Assembly (NCBI GenBank): GCA_038330365.1
Contig: JBBQNY010000001.1
Location: 3,665 to 67,664 of the forward strand
Direction of reading: 5' to 3'
Origin: Lysobacterales bacterium
GTDB lineage: Bacteria; Pseudomonadota; Gammaproteobacteria; Xanthomonadales; Ahniellaceae
Length of the DNA: 64,000 nt
Positions within the stretch are counted from its first letter, which is position 1, and every line of letters starts with the position of its first letter. Below are positions 27,793 through 37,025 of this stretch, piece by piece. The notes under the pieces are model-generated. The model was given only the letters and a program-made list of their open reading frames with translations. It was not told the DNA's origin and searched no databases. The translations under genes were made by a program, and so were the position numbers.

Positions 27793-28527
27793 ATGGATCA
27801 CGCCCGCCGCATCGAGGAAATGGCGCGCCAGTTGCGCGATGTGCGAGATCCCGTGCGCGAGCCCGGCAACCGCTCTCCGTGGATGGCCGCGGTGCAGCGC
27901 TGGCAAGCCGAGCGCCTTGCGGCAAGCTTTTCCGATCTGGCCGGCGACCCGCGGTTTGCACGCGCGACGCGCTTCTTTCTGCAGGATCTCTATGGGGAGC
28001 AGGATGTGGCCTGGCGCGACCGCGACGTCGTGCGCATCCTGCCGACCATGCGGCGCTGGTTGCCCGAGCGCCTGATCGCCGCGGTCGCGCAAGCACTTGA
28101 GCTGGACCTCGCCACGCATCGTCTGGATCTGGCACTGGCCGCCGAGCTGGAAAAGGCGCATGGACTGCAGCGTCAACCACGCCTGGACCTGGCGCGGTAT
28201 ATCGCAGCTTACCGAACGTCATCGACCCCCGAATCGCGGCAGGAACAGCTTGGCCTGCTGCTCGGTGTCGGCGCCGAACTCGATCGACTGGCGCGCAACC
28301 CGGTTCTGGGCGGATTGCTGAAGGTTGCCCGCGCACCCGCGCGTGCTGCCGGACTCGATCGCATGCAGCGATTTCTCGAGGAAGGTTTCGCGGCCTGCCG
28401 GGCAATGGGACGCGACGGCGCCGAATTCCTGTCACGTATCGGCGAACGTGAAGCTGCCGCTCTGGAACGGCTGTTCGAGGGCGACGCGGACCCTTTCACG
28501 CCGAGAGTCGTTCGGCGATCCGATTGA
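27793..28527 (+). CDS. conserved hypothetical protein with an FFLQDLY motif (resembles the family labelled FFLEELY-motif protein)
   Basis: Only the last 244 codons of track ORF 26965..28527 are non-antisense. The ATG at 27793 gives MDHARRIEEM... and contains ATRFFLQDLYGEQD. The family name is from memory and unverified. Confidence 0.6.
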   Translation: MDHARRIEEMARQLRDVRDPVREPGNRSPWMAAVQRWQAERLAASFSDLAGDPRFARATRFFLQDLYGEQDVAWRDRDVVRILPTMRRWLPERLIAAVAQALELDLATHRLDLALAAELEKAHGLQRQPRLDLARYIAAYRTSSTPESRQEQLGLLLGVGAELDRLARNPVLGGLLKVARAPARAAGLDRMQRFLEEGFAACRAMGRDGAEFLSRIGEREAAALERLFEGDADPFTPRVVRRSD

Positions 28528-28564
28528 CCGGGCGTTGAGCCTGGAAGTCCCTCACCGCGTCGTT

Positions 28565-28849
28565 TCAGCGGTGTTTGCCGAATTCCTTGTCAAGATACTT
28601 CTCGATTTCGGATTCGACCGTCCCGCGCAATGCGCCGAACAGGAAACCGAGTTCCGCGACGACCTCCACCAATCCGGGCAAGAGATGGATTGCACCTTCC
28701 ACTCCCATGCGCTGGAAGTGGAGCGAATCGCCTTCCCAGCGATAGTCGACCTGGAATTTCTCGGCCAGCAGAAGGGCCACACGCTCCACCGATTTGCGCG
28801 AAGCGGCGGGCGACTTCGAGTGATTGCGCTTGACTAGGATACGGGCCAT
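28565..28849 (-). CDS. polyhydroxyalkanoic acid system family protein (PHA_gran_rgn-like)
   Basis: 94 aa: MARILVKRNHSKS...AEKFQVDYRWEGDSLHFQRMGVEGAIHL...VVAELGFLFGALRGTVESEIEKYLD. This matches the small PHA-system protein pattern as I remember it. Confidence 0.7.
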   Translation of the reverse strand: MARILVKRNHSKSPAASRKSVERVALLLAEKFQVDYRWEGDSLHFQRMGVEGAIHLLPGLVEVVAELGFLFGALRGTVESEIEKYLDKEFGKHR

Positions 28850-28983
28850 GGAGGATGTTTCACGTCGGCAGGGTGGATCGGGGAAGAATACGGTATGCAG
28901 CCGGGAGGTCGCTTGATCAGGGGAACCGTGTTCGCCGTGTGGTCCCGGCCTTTGCTACAGTCGCCGTGCCGCCGCGCTGGAGC

Positions 28984-29874
28984 GTGCATGTGCGACTGAG
29001 TTTTCCAAACGGCGAGCACGCCGACGTCAAGCTTTCACCGGGCGAGATCCGGATTGGCAGCGACCCCGACAACGAGGTCGTGCTGCAAGGCGATGGCGTG
29101 CGACCGCGACACGCGAGCGTTGTGATCGACCGGCGTGGAACGCTGCTGCGTGTGCAGTCCCGCGACGCGCTCACGCATCTCAACTCGCGGCCAGTCATCG
29201 AACTCGCGCTGCTGCGCGTCGGCGATCTGGTGACGCTCGACGCCATTCGCATCGCGCTCAAGCCGCAGGATGAAACCGCGATCAAGTCGGCGGGAAAGTC
29301 GTCGGAGGATGCCGAGGCGGAGGATTTCGGCGCGGGTTCCCGGGTGGCGCTGCGGGGCCTGTCCGGCCGCTATTTCGGCCGGGCGATTCCGCTCCTGAAG
29401 CCGCTGACCATTGGCTGCGACAGCAAATGCGACATCGTGCTGGACTCCGACAGCAGTTTGCCGTCGCGCATGGCGACACTCGAGATCTCGCCGGTAGGCG
29501 CGTATCTGCGCGGTGTCGACAAGACCTGCGTGTTTGAGGTCAATGGCGTCGAGCGCAGCGACGTGACGCTGCACGGGGGCGACCAGATCGCCTTTGACCA
29601 GGAACGTTTTGCGCTTGAGGCGCCTGGATTGCCGGCGCGTGGCAATGTGCAGCCGGCTGCCGCCGTCGCCGGTCCGCCGGTCCCGATCACGCAAACGCTG
29701 CGCGCGATCACGGCGGAAGACGTTGCCGGCGTGAATTCGGCTCCGCCCCCGCCCGAACCTGAAGCGGACGAAGGCGACGGGCCTCCGGCTGCCAGTCCGT
29801 GGTTGCTGGTGCTCGCGGGCGCGCTGATTGCGGCCGCGCTGGCGATGTTGTTCCTGCACGGCAGCGGTCCCTGA
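28984..29874 (+). CDS. membrane-anchored protein with two FHA domains
   Basis: GTG start at 28984 (or 28990). FHA 1: IRIGSDPDNEVVLQGDGVRPRHASVV...LNSRPV...LRVGDLVTLDAIRIAL. FHA 2: LTIGCDSKCDIVLDSDSSLPSRMATLE...VNGVERSDVTLHGGDQIAFDQERFAL. The C-terminal TM is WLLVLAGALIAAALAMLFL. Confidence 0.75.
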   Translation: MHVRLSFPNGEHADVKLSPGEIRIGSDPDNEVVLQGDGVRPRHASVVIDRRGTLLRVQSRDALTHLNSRPVIELALLRVGDLVTLDAIRIALKPQDETAIKSAGKSSEDAEAEDFGAGSRVALRGLSGRYFGRAIPLLKPLTIGCDSKCDIVLDSDSSLPSRMATLEISPVGAYLRGVDKTCVFEVNGVERSDVTLHGGDQIAFDQERFALEAPGLPARGNVQPAAAVAGPPVPITQTLRAITAEDVAGVNSAPPPPEPEADEGDGPPAASPWLLVLAGALIAAALAMLFLHGSGP

Positions 29875-29911
29875 GCCCAGCGTTCGGCTTCGCGCGATGC
29901 ATCTGGCTCGT

Positions 29912-30004
29912 GTAGGAGCGCGCTTGCGCGCAATGGCGTCATCGCAGGGTGAAGCGCGAGGCACGGTCCATACATGGCGCCATCGCGCGCGAGCGCGCTC
30001 CTGC
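29912..30004. repeat. REP-like inverted-repeat pair
   Basis: Left arm GTAGGAGCGCGCTTGCGCGCAATGGCG (29912-29938). Right arm CGCCATCGCGCGCGAGCGCGCTCCTGC (29978-30004) is its reverse complement with 3 mismatches. A single related copy lies at 49336. Confidence 0.7.
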
Positions 30005-30162
30005 GAAAGGTGTGGCGCACCAGTGCCTGGGAATTGCCCGAGGCGCCTTCGTTTGGGGTTGCCCGCGGGCGCAAACGTGCTGCGTCAATCCAGAACGAGT
30101 GCCGGCTTGTGCCTCATGTTGCAGTGCGGCATGCTGCGCCAATGCCTTTATGGAGTGCGCGC

Positions 30163-31245
30163 GTGAGCCGAGCTTTCAATTTCAGCGCAGGACCTGCGGC
30201 GCTGCCGGAGCCGGTGCTTCGTCGCGCGCAGAGCGAGTTGCTCGACTGGCACGGTGCCCATGCTTCCGTGATGGAGATCAGCCACCGCAGCCCGGAATTT
30301 GTGGCATGTGCGGAAGCGGCCGAGCAGTCGCTCCGGCGGTTGCTCGCCGTCCCGTCGGGATACCAGGTCCTGTTCCTCCAGGGTGGCGCCACCCAGCACT
30401 TCGCCCAGATCCCGATGAATATCGCGAGCGGTCGGTCGGCGGACTACATCGTCACCGGTCACTGGGGTCAGAAAGCCGTCTCCGAAGCACGCGGCGTCTG
30501 CGACGTGCGTGTCGTTGCCGATACCGCAGAGGGATCGTTCCGTTCGCTTCCGGATCTGGCGCAGGCGGAATTCAACGACAAGGCGGCGTACCTGCACTAC
30601 ACCCCCAACGAAACCATCCACGGGGTCGAATTTCACGGTATTCCCGACTCGGGATCGGTGCCACTGGTTGCGGATGCCTCATCCAACATCCTGTCCATGC
30701 CCGTGGACGTGTCGCGCTTCGGCATCCTCTATGCGGGCGCGCAGAAGAACATTGGACCTTCCGGACTGGTGCTCCTGATCGTGCGTGAGGATCTGCTCGA
30801 GCGCGCGCCCGAAACGTTGCCGCCCATCCTCAGGTACCGGGCGCAGGCGTCGAGCGATTCGATGCTCAATACGCCCAATACCTTCGCCTGGTACCTGTCC
30901 GGACTGGTGTTCGACTGGCTTGAGAGCCAGGGTGGTCTCGAGGCCATGCAGGCGCGCAACGCGGAGAAGTCAGAGCTCCTTTATCGCACCATCGATGGCA
31001 GCGGCGGGTTCTATTCCAATCCCGTCGAGCCTGCTGCGCGCTCGCGCATGAATGTTCCGTTCGTGCTGGCTGACTCCGCGCTCGATGCGGACTTTTTGAA
31101 GGAATCGGAACTCGCGGGTCTGCTCGCACTCAAGGGACACCGCGCCGTCGGCGGCATGCGCGCCTCGCTGTACAACGCCATGCCGCTCGAAGGCGTGGTG
31201 GCGCTGGTGGACTTCATGCGCGAATTTGCGCGGACACGCGGATGA
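30163..31245 (+). CDS. serC: 3-phosphoserine/phosphohydroxythreonine aminotransferase
   Basis: The GTG at 30163 gives VSRAFNFSAGPAALPEPVL, matching the E. coli SerC N-terminus. An alternative ATG lies at 30142. The rest is SerC-like throughout. Confidence 0.92.
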   Translation: MSRAFNFSAGPAALPEPVLRRAQSELLDWHGAHASVMEISHRSPEFVACAEAAEQSLRRLLAVPSGYQVLFLQGGATQHFAQIPMNIASGRSADYIVTGHWGQKAVSEARGVCDVRVVADTAEGSFRSLPDLAQAEFNDKAAYLHYTPNETIHGVEFHGIPDSGSVPLVADASSNILSMPVDVSRFGILYAGAQKNIGPSGLVLLIVREDLLERAPETLPPILRYRAQASSDSMLNTPNTFAWYLSGLVFDWLESQGGLEAMQARNAEKSELLYRTIDGSGGFYSNPVEPAARSRMNVPFVLADSALDADFLKESELAGLLALKGHRAVGGMRASLYNAMPLEGVVALVDFMREFARTRG

Positions 31246-31261
31246 TCGAGGAGCTGCCGAC

Positions 31262-32434
31262 ATGAGTCACGCCCGTTTCAATATCCGCACGCACAATGCC
31301 ATTTCCGCCAGTGGTCTTGAGCGACTGCCGGCGCCACGTTTCCGTGTTGGCGACGATGTCGAGGCACCCGATGCCTTGCTGGTTCGCTCGGCCGATCTCA
31401 ATGCGGCGCCCATCGGTGAATCGGTCAAGGCGGTAGCGCGTGCCGGCGCTGGCACCAACAACATTCCGGTCGCCGCACTTTCGGCGCGTGGAATTCCCGT
31501 GTTCAACGCGCCGGGAGCCAACGCCAACGCGGTCAAGGAGCTGGTGGTCGCGGGCATGCTGCTGGCGGCGCGCAACCTGCCGGGTGCGCTTGAATTCGTG
31601 CGCCAGCTGGGGGATGTCGAGGACCCGGAGAAGGCCATGGAGGCGCGCAAGAAGGAATTCGCCGGAATCGAGCTTGCGGGTCGCACACTCGGCGTCATCG
31701 GGCTCGGCGCGATCGGCGTGCGCGTGGCCAACGCGGCGTACGCGCTGGGCATGAAAGTGCTGGGTTTCGATCCCCACATGACGGTGGATGGCGCCTGGGC
31801 GCTGTCGGCAGAAGTCGGTCGCGCGGCCGATCTGGCGGATCTTCTCGCGCGCAGCGATTTCGTTTCCGTACACGTGCCGCTGTCGGACGCCACTCGGGGG
31901 CTGATCGATGCGAAGGCCTTCGGTGCCCTGCGCGAGGACGCCGTATTGCTCAATTTCTCGCGTGCAGCCGTTATCGATGACGCTGCACTCCGCGCCGCGC
32001 TCGATGCGGGTTCGATCGGTCGTTACGTCACCGATTTTCCGCTTGCAGATCGACTCGATGATGCGCGCATCATCGCCTTGCCGCACCTCGGCGCGTCCAC
32101 AAGCGAGGCCGAGGAGAACTGCGCGGTGATGGTGGCGGACGACCTGCGTGAGTTCCTCGAACACGGCAACGTCGGCCACAGCGTGAACTTTCCGCGCCTG
32201 CGCATGGGACGTGCCGGCCGCGCGCGGTTGGCCATCGCCAACCGCAACGTGCCCAACATGATTGGCCAGATCTCGCAGGTGCTCGGCGCGAACGCGCTCA
32301 ACATTGCGCAGATGCACAACGCCTCGCGCGGCGAGATCGCCTACAACCTGGTGGATGTCGATGACGAGGTTCCGCCGCAGGCCGTGCGCGATCTCTGCGC
32401 CATCGAGGGCGTGCTCTCGGTGCGTGCGCTGTAA
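31262..32434 (+). CDS. serA: D-3-phosphoglycerate dehydrogenase (short form with C-terminal ACT domain)
   Basis: ATG 31262. NAD motif LGVIGLGAIGVRVA, catalytic region ALPHLGASTSEAEEN, ACT-like C-terminus. Its stop shares one base with the pheA ATG (TAATG). Confidence 0.85.
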   Translation: MSHARFNIRTHNAISASGLERLPAPRFRVGDDVEAPDALLVRSADLNAAPIGESVKAVARAGAGTNNIPVAALSARGIPVFNAPGANANAVKELVVAGMLLAARNLPGALEFVRQLGDVEDPEKAMEARKKEFAGIELAGRTLGVIGLGAIGVRVANAAYALGMKVLGFDPHMTVDGAWALSAEVGRAADLADLLARSDFVSVHVPLSDATRGLIDAKAFGALREDAVLLNFSRAAVIDDAALRAALDAGSIGRYVTDFPLADRLDDARIIALPHLGASTSEAEENCAVMVADDLREFLEHGNVGHSVNFPRLRMGRAGRARLAIANRNVPNMIGQISQVLGANALNIAQMHNASRGEIAYNLVDVDDEVPPQAVRDLCAIEGVLSVRAL

Positions 32435-33633
32435 TGTCTGACCGTCGCGCTCGAGCAGGCAAGTCGGCGCCAGTCAAGTCGGTCGCGAAGTCGACGGCCA
32501 AGAAGAATCCACACGCTGCGTCTGCCCGGACGCCGGCGCCAACTGCGACCAAGACCACGACGGCGCTCGACGAGGTTCGCGCCCGCATCGACGGGATTGA
32601 TCGCCACATACAGCAGCTGATCCAGGAGCGTGCGCGCTTTGCCGCCCAGGTCGGCAAGGCCAAGGGACCACTGGCTGCCGCCATCGACTACTACCGGCCC
32701 GAGCGCGAAGCCAAAGTGCTGCGCATGGTTGTGGACCGCAACGAGGGACCGCTGGCGGACGAGGTACTGGTGCGACTGTTCCGCGAGATCATGTCGGCGT
32801 GCCTCGCGCAGCAGGAACCGTTGAAAATCGGCTTTCTTGGTCCCCGGGGCACTTTCAGTGAGCAGGCCGTGCTGAAGCACTTCGGCCATTCCGCACACGG
32901 ACTGCCGTTGGCATCCATCGAAGAGGTGTTCCAGGAAGTCGAGAGCGGCAGTGCGGATTTCGGCGTGGTGCCGGTCGAGAATTCCGGACAGGGCACGATC
33001 CAGTCGACGCTCGACATGTTTCTGACGTCAAAGCTCATGATCTGCGGTGAAGTTGAGCTGCGCGTGCACCAGTTCCTGCTCTCACGCAGCGGTCGCATGG
33101 AAGATATCGAGCGCGTCTATTCGCATCCCCAGTCCCTCGCACAGTGCAAGGCGTGGCTACGACAGAACCTGCCGGATGTCGAACTGACGCCGCTCGCCAG
33201 CAACGCCGAGGCGGCCCGTCGTGCGCGCAATGCGGACGATGCCGCGGCCATCGCCGGCGAGTCTGCCGGGCACGTCTACGGCCTCAAGGCCGTGGCGGGT
33301 CCGATCGAGGATCGCCCCGACAACACCACCCGGTTCCTGGTGCTCGGGCGCGAGATCTTCCCGCCCTGCGGCAACGACCGTACCTCGCTGCTGGTGTCCG
33401 TGGACGATGCGCCCGGTGCCCTGTTCAACCTGCTCAGTCCGTTCGCGGCCAACGGCGTGAGCATGAATCGGATCGAGTCGCGGCCCTCGCATCGCGGGCG
33501 CTGGCAGTATGCGTTCTTCATCGATGTCTCCGGTCACGTCGAGGACCCGGGCGTGGCGGCAGCCATCTCCGAGCTGTCCTCGCTCACGACCCAGGTGCGC
33601 GTGCTCGGGTCCTATCCAGTGGCCGTGCTCTGA
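32434..33633 (+). CDS. pheA: bifunctional chorismate mutase / prephenate dehydratase (P-protein)
   Basis: CM domain LDEVRARIDGIDRHIQQLIQERARFA. PDT domain IGFLGPRGTFSEQA...TRFLVLG. ACT domain at the C-terminus. It is preceded by a ~45-aa Lys/Ala/Thr-rich extension. Confidence 0.93.
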   Translation: MSDRRARAGKSAPVKSVAKSTAKKNPHAASARTPAPTATKTTTALDEVRARIDGIDRHIQQLIQERARFAAQVGKAKGPLAAAIDYYRPEREAKVLRMVVDRNEGPLADEVLVRLFREIMSACLAQQEPLKIGFLGPRGTFSEQAVLKHFGHSAHGLPLASIEEVFQEVESGSADFGVVPVENSGQGTIQSTLDMFLTSKLMICGEVELRVHQFLLSRSGRMEDIERVYSHPQSLAQCKAWLRQNLPDVELTPLASNAEAARRARNADDAAAIAGESAGHVYGLKAVAGPIEDRPDNTTRFLVLGREIFPPCGNDRTSLLVSVDDAPGALFNLLSPFAANGVSMNRIESRPSHRGRWQYAFFIDVSGHVEDPGVAAAISELSSLTTQVRVLGSYPVAVL

Positions 33634-33640
33634 GTCGACG

Positions 33641-34765
33641 ATGCAAGCGCCTGCGCCGGTTGCCATCGTTGCGGCGCTCAGGGCCTACGACCCGGGCCAT
33701 GATCTCGCACGGCTGCGACAGCAAGGGGGCGACCTGCCGCTGATCGAGCTTGGTTCGAACGAGAACGCGTTCGGTGCCGGAGCGGCCGCGTTGGCGGTGA
33801 TCCGCGGCGCAAGTCGGGATACTGTGCGCCGGTACCCTGATCCGCGCGGCGGTGAACTCCTCCACGCACTCTCCGCGCATCACGCCATCGACCCGGCTTG
33901 CATCGCACTCGGCAACGGATCGCACGAGCTGCTGATGCTGCTTGCGCAGGCGTTCGCCGCAGCCGGCAGTGAGGTGCTCTACAGCCAGTTCGGCTTCGCG
34001 GTGTATGCGATCGCGGCTGCGAGTGCGGGCGCGCAGGGTACGAGTGCAGCGGCGCTGCCGCAGGACCATCCCGTAGCGCCGAGGGGCCATGATCTCGAAG
34101 CCATGGCGGCGGCCCTGACGCCGGCGACCCGCCTTGTCTATCTCGCCAATCCGAACAACCCGACCGGCACCGCGTTTTCCGTGGAAGCTTTCGAGCAATG
34201 GATGAGGCGCGTGCCGCCGCAGGTACTGGTTGTCGTCGACGAGGCCTACGTCGAGTATGCGGACGATCCGGACATCGCGAGCGTTCGGCCCCTGCTGGAA
34301 GTGTTTCCCAATCTGGCGCTCACGCGTACGTTCTCGAAGATCCATGGGCTGGCCGGATTGCGCATCGGTTACCTGCTGGCGCATCCGCGCGTGACAGCAA
34401 CCATCGATCGCCTGCGGGAAACGTTCAACACCAGTGCGGTGGCACAGGCCGCTGCGGTCGCGGCGCTGGCGGATCTCGAACACCTCGAGCGCAGTCGCCG
34501 CGGCAATCTCATCCAGCGCCAGAGGCTCACTGCAGAGCTTCGGCAGCTGGGCCTGTTCGTCCCCGATTCGGCGGGCAACTTCGTACTCGCGGACTTCACG
34601 AATGCCGGGCGCTCGGCCAACGAGGTGGAAACTGCATTGCTCAAGGCGAATGTGGTCGTGCGCCCCATGGCAGGCTACGGACTGACTGAGTGCCTGCGCA
34701 TCACGGTGGGCACTGAGCCGGAACAGGAACGATTGCTGGCGGCCATGGCAAGCGCACTCGCATGA
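33641..34765 (+). CDS. hisC: histidinol-phosphate/aromatic aminotransferase (class II)
   Basis: ATG 33641. PLP-lysine motif TFSKIHGLAGLRIGY. Its position between pheA and aroA matches Pseudomonas hisC2. Confidence 0.88.
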   Translation: MQAPAPVAIVAALRAYDPGHDLARLRQQGGDLPLIELGSNENAFGAGAAALAVIRGASRDTVRRYPDPRGGELLHALSAHHAIDPACIALGNGSHELLMLLAQAFAAAGSEVLYSQFGFAVYAIAAASAGAQGTSAAALPQDHPVAPRGHDLEAMAAALTPATRLVYLANPNNPTGTAFSVEAFEQWMRRVPPQVLVVVDEAYVEYADDPDIASVRPLLEVFPNLALTRTFSKIHGLAGLRIGYLLAHPRVTATIDRLRETFNTSAVAQAAAVAALADLEHLERSRRGNLIQRQRLTAELRQLGLFVPDSAGNFVLADFTNAGRSANEVETALLKANVVVRPMAGYGLTECLRITVGTEPEQERLLAAMASALA

Positions 34766-36147
34766 GTTCGGCCGGGCCGCGCGAGGACTGGGTCGTGCGT
34801 GGCGGCGGCGCGCTGCGCGGCGCAGTTGAAGTGCCCGGCGACAAGTCCATTTCCCATCGAGCGCTGATGCTGGCGTCCATCGCGGATGGCAGCAGTGAAG
34901 TGCGCAATTTCCTCGATGCCGCCGATCCCATGGCAACGCTGAGAATTTTCCAGTCACTGGGTGTCGCCATCGAACGCACTGCGCCCGGGCAGTTGCGGAT
35001 CGAAGGCGTGGGACGCGATGGATTGATCCCACCTTCAGTACCTCTCGACTGCGGCAACGCGGGCACCGCGATGCGGCTTCTGGCCGGCCTGCTTTGCGGC
35101 CAGCGCTTCGACAGCTTCCTGATTGGCGATGAGTCGTTGTCGCGTCGGCCGATGGGGCGAGTGATCGAGCCCCTGCAGCGCATGGGCGCGGTGGTGGGGG
35201 CGAATGACACCGGCTTGCCTCCATTGCGGATCGCGGGTGAGCGTCTGCTCCACGGCATCGATTACGCCACACCCGTGCCGAGCGCGCAGATCAAGTCAGC
35301 GGTGCTGCTGGCGGGCCTTTACGCCAACGGCAGCACCTGCGTGACCGAATCGCGCCCGACGCGCGACTACACCGAGACGATGCTGCGTGATTTCGGCTAT
35401 CCGGTCGATTTCGCACCGGGCCGTGCGCGTCTGGTGGGTGGGGGGAGATTGACGGCGCAAGATGTCGATGTGCCCGCCGACTTTTCCGCCGCGGCCTTCT
35501 GGCTGGTCGCCGCCTGCATCGTGCCGGGATCAAGAATCTCGATGGCAGACGTTGGCTTCGAGCCCCATCGCAATGGTCTGTGGCGGGCACTGACGCTTAT
35601 GGGGGCGGAGCTGCAGGCGACAGCGGCCACGCGATCGACGGCGAACCGCATCGCATGCCTCGAGGCCAGCACATCGCGCCTGCGGGGTATCGAGCTGCCG
35701 CCTGAGCTTGTGCCGGACATGATCGACGAGATGCCCGCGTTGTTCGTTGCCGCCTGTCTGGCGCAGGGGGACACGCTCGTTACCGGCGCGTCCGAGTTGC
35801 GCGTCAAGGAGTCGGACCGGATCGCGGTCATGGTCCGTGCGCTGACAGCGCTCGGCGCCTCAATCCAGGAGCGGCCGGATGGCGCCCTCATTCGCGGCGG
35901 CGCGCGGCTTTACGGCGCCGATGTGGACGCCGCCGGGGACCATCGCTGTGCGATGGCGCTGGCGATCGCCGCGCTCGCGACGGACGGTCAAGTGCGAATC
36001 CGCGACTGCGCGAATGTCGCCACTTCGTATCCCGCTTTCGCAAACCAGCTACGGCGCATCGGCGCCTGCGTTACCGTGGAGATCGACGCTTCAAATCCGA
36101 TGCCCGTACCCACAGCCGCCAGACCTCCGGAGAACGCCTCACCATGA
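34762..36147 (+). CDS. aroA: 3-phosphoshikimate 1-carboxyvinyltransferase (EPSP synthase)
   Basis: [20 protein letters not shown] and [15 protein letters not shown] motifs. ATGA overlap with the hisC stop. Confidence 0.93.
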   Translation: MSSAGPREDWVVRGGGALRGAVEVPGDKSISHRALMLASIADGSSEVRNFLDAADPMATLRIFQSLGVAIERTAPGQLRIEGVGRDGLIPPSVPLDCGNAGTAMRLLAGLLCGQRFDSFLIGDESLSRRPMGRVIEPLQRMGAVVGANDTGLPPLRIAGERLLHGIDYATPVPSAQIKSAVLLAGLYANGSTCVTESRPTRDYTETMLRDFGYPVDFAPGRARLVGGGRLTAQDVDVPADFSAAAFWLVAACIVPGSRISMADVGFEPHRNGLWRALTLMGAELQATAATRSTANRIACLEASTSRLRGIELPPELVPDMIDEMPALFVAACLAQGDTLVTGASELRVKESDRIAVMVRALTALGASIQERPDGALIRGGARLYGADVDAAGDHRCAMALAIAALATDGQVRIRDCANVATSYPAFANQLRRIGACVTVEIDASNPMPVPTAARPPENASP

Positions 36148-36839
36148 CCACCAGAATCGCACCGGTGCTGACGGTGGATGGTCCTTCGGGCGCGGGCAAG
36201 GGCACCATCAGCCGGCTGGTCGCGCATTCGCTCAGCTGGCGCTTTCTCGACTCCGGGGCCCTCTATCGCGCCGTTGGACTGGCAGCGAGCTGGGCCGACG
36301 CGGATTTTTCCGATCAGGAGACGCTGGCGCGCCACGCCCGCGACACCCGAGTGCGATTCGAACCGCGCGGGCACGACGACCCGGCCGTATTCGTCAACGG
36401 CGTCGAGGCGGGGGCCGAATTGCGCAGTGAAACCTGTGCGGCGGCGGCGTCCGCGATCGCGGCTGTGCCGGCGGTACGCGACGCTCTGGTCGCAAAACAG
36501 CGGGCTTTTCGCCACATGCCCGGCCTCGTGGCAGACGGCCGCGACATGGGTACCGTCATTTTCCCCGATGCGTTCGTCAAGATATTCTTGACCGCGAGTG
36601 CCGAGGAGCGGGCGAGAAGGCGCTATAAACAGTTGAAGCAAAAGGGATTGACGGTTAGACTCGCCGACCTTTTGGAGGAAATACGCGCGCGGGACGCGCG
36701 CGACGCAGGACGCGCCGTGGCGCCGCTCACGCCGGCTGCCGACGCGGTCGTGCTCGACAGCACCGCGATCGACGTCGCCGAAGTAGTGCAGCGGGTGCTG
36801 GCGCTGGTGGAAGAGCGGCGGCGGGAAAGGGGGAGCTGA
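36144..36839 (+). CDS. cmk: (d)CMP kinase
   Basis: P-loop [10 protein letters not shown] and a typical Cmk sequence. ATGA overlap with the aroA stop. Confidence 0.93.
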   Translation: MTTRIAPVLTVDGPSGAGKGTISRLVAHSLSWRFLDSGALYRAVGLAASWADADFSDQETLARHARDTRVRFEPRGHDDPAVFVNGVEAGAELRSETCAAAASAIAAVPAVRDALVAKQRAFRHMPGLVADGRDMGTVIFPDAFVKIFLTASAEERARRRYKQLKQKGLTVRLADLLEEIRARDARDAGRAVAPLTPAADAVVLDSTAIDVAEVVQRVLALVEERRRERGS

Positions 36840-37025
36840 CATCGGGCGCTGCATGCAGGCGCCTGGCCGTGAGGGGGGTCTCGCCGTGTCACGCGGCAGT
36901 CCAGGTGGGTCCGGATTCGTTTCAAAGCCCCGCGCAAGCGGGTTCTCAACGCCGCTTGTTGCGGCATCAACGGGTGGAAGGCTCCGGCAAGACCGGGCAT
37001 TCCGATCGATCAATCAGGATTATTT

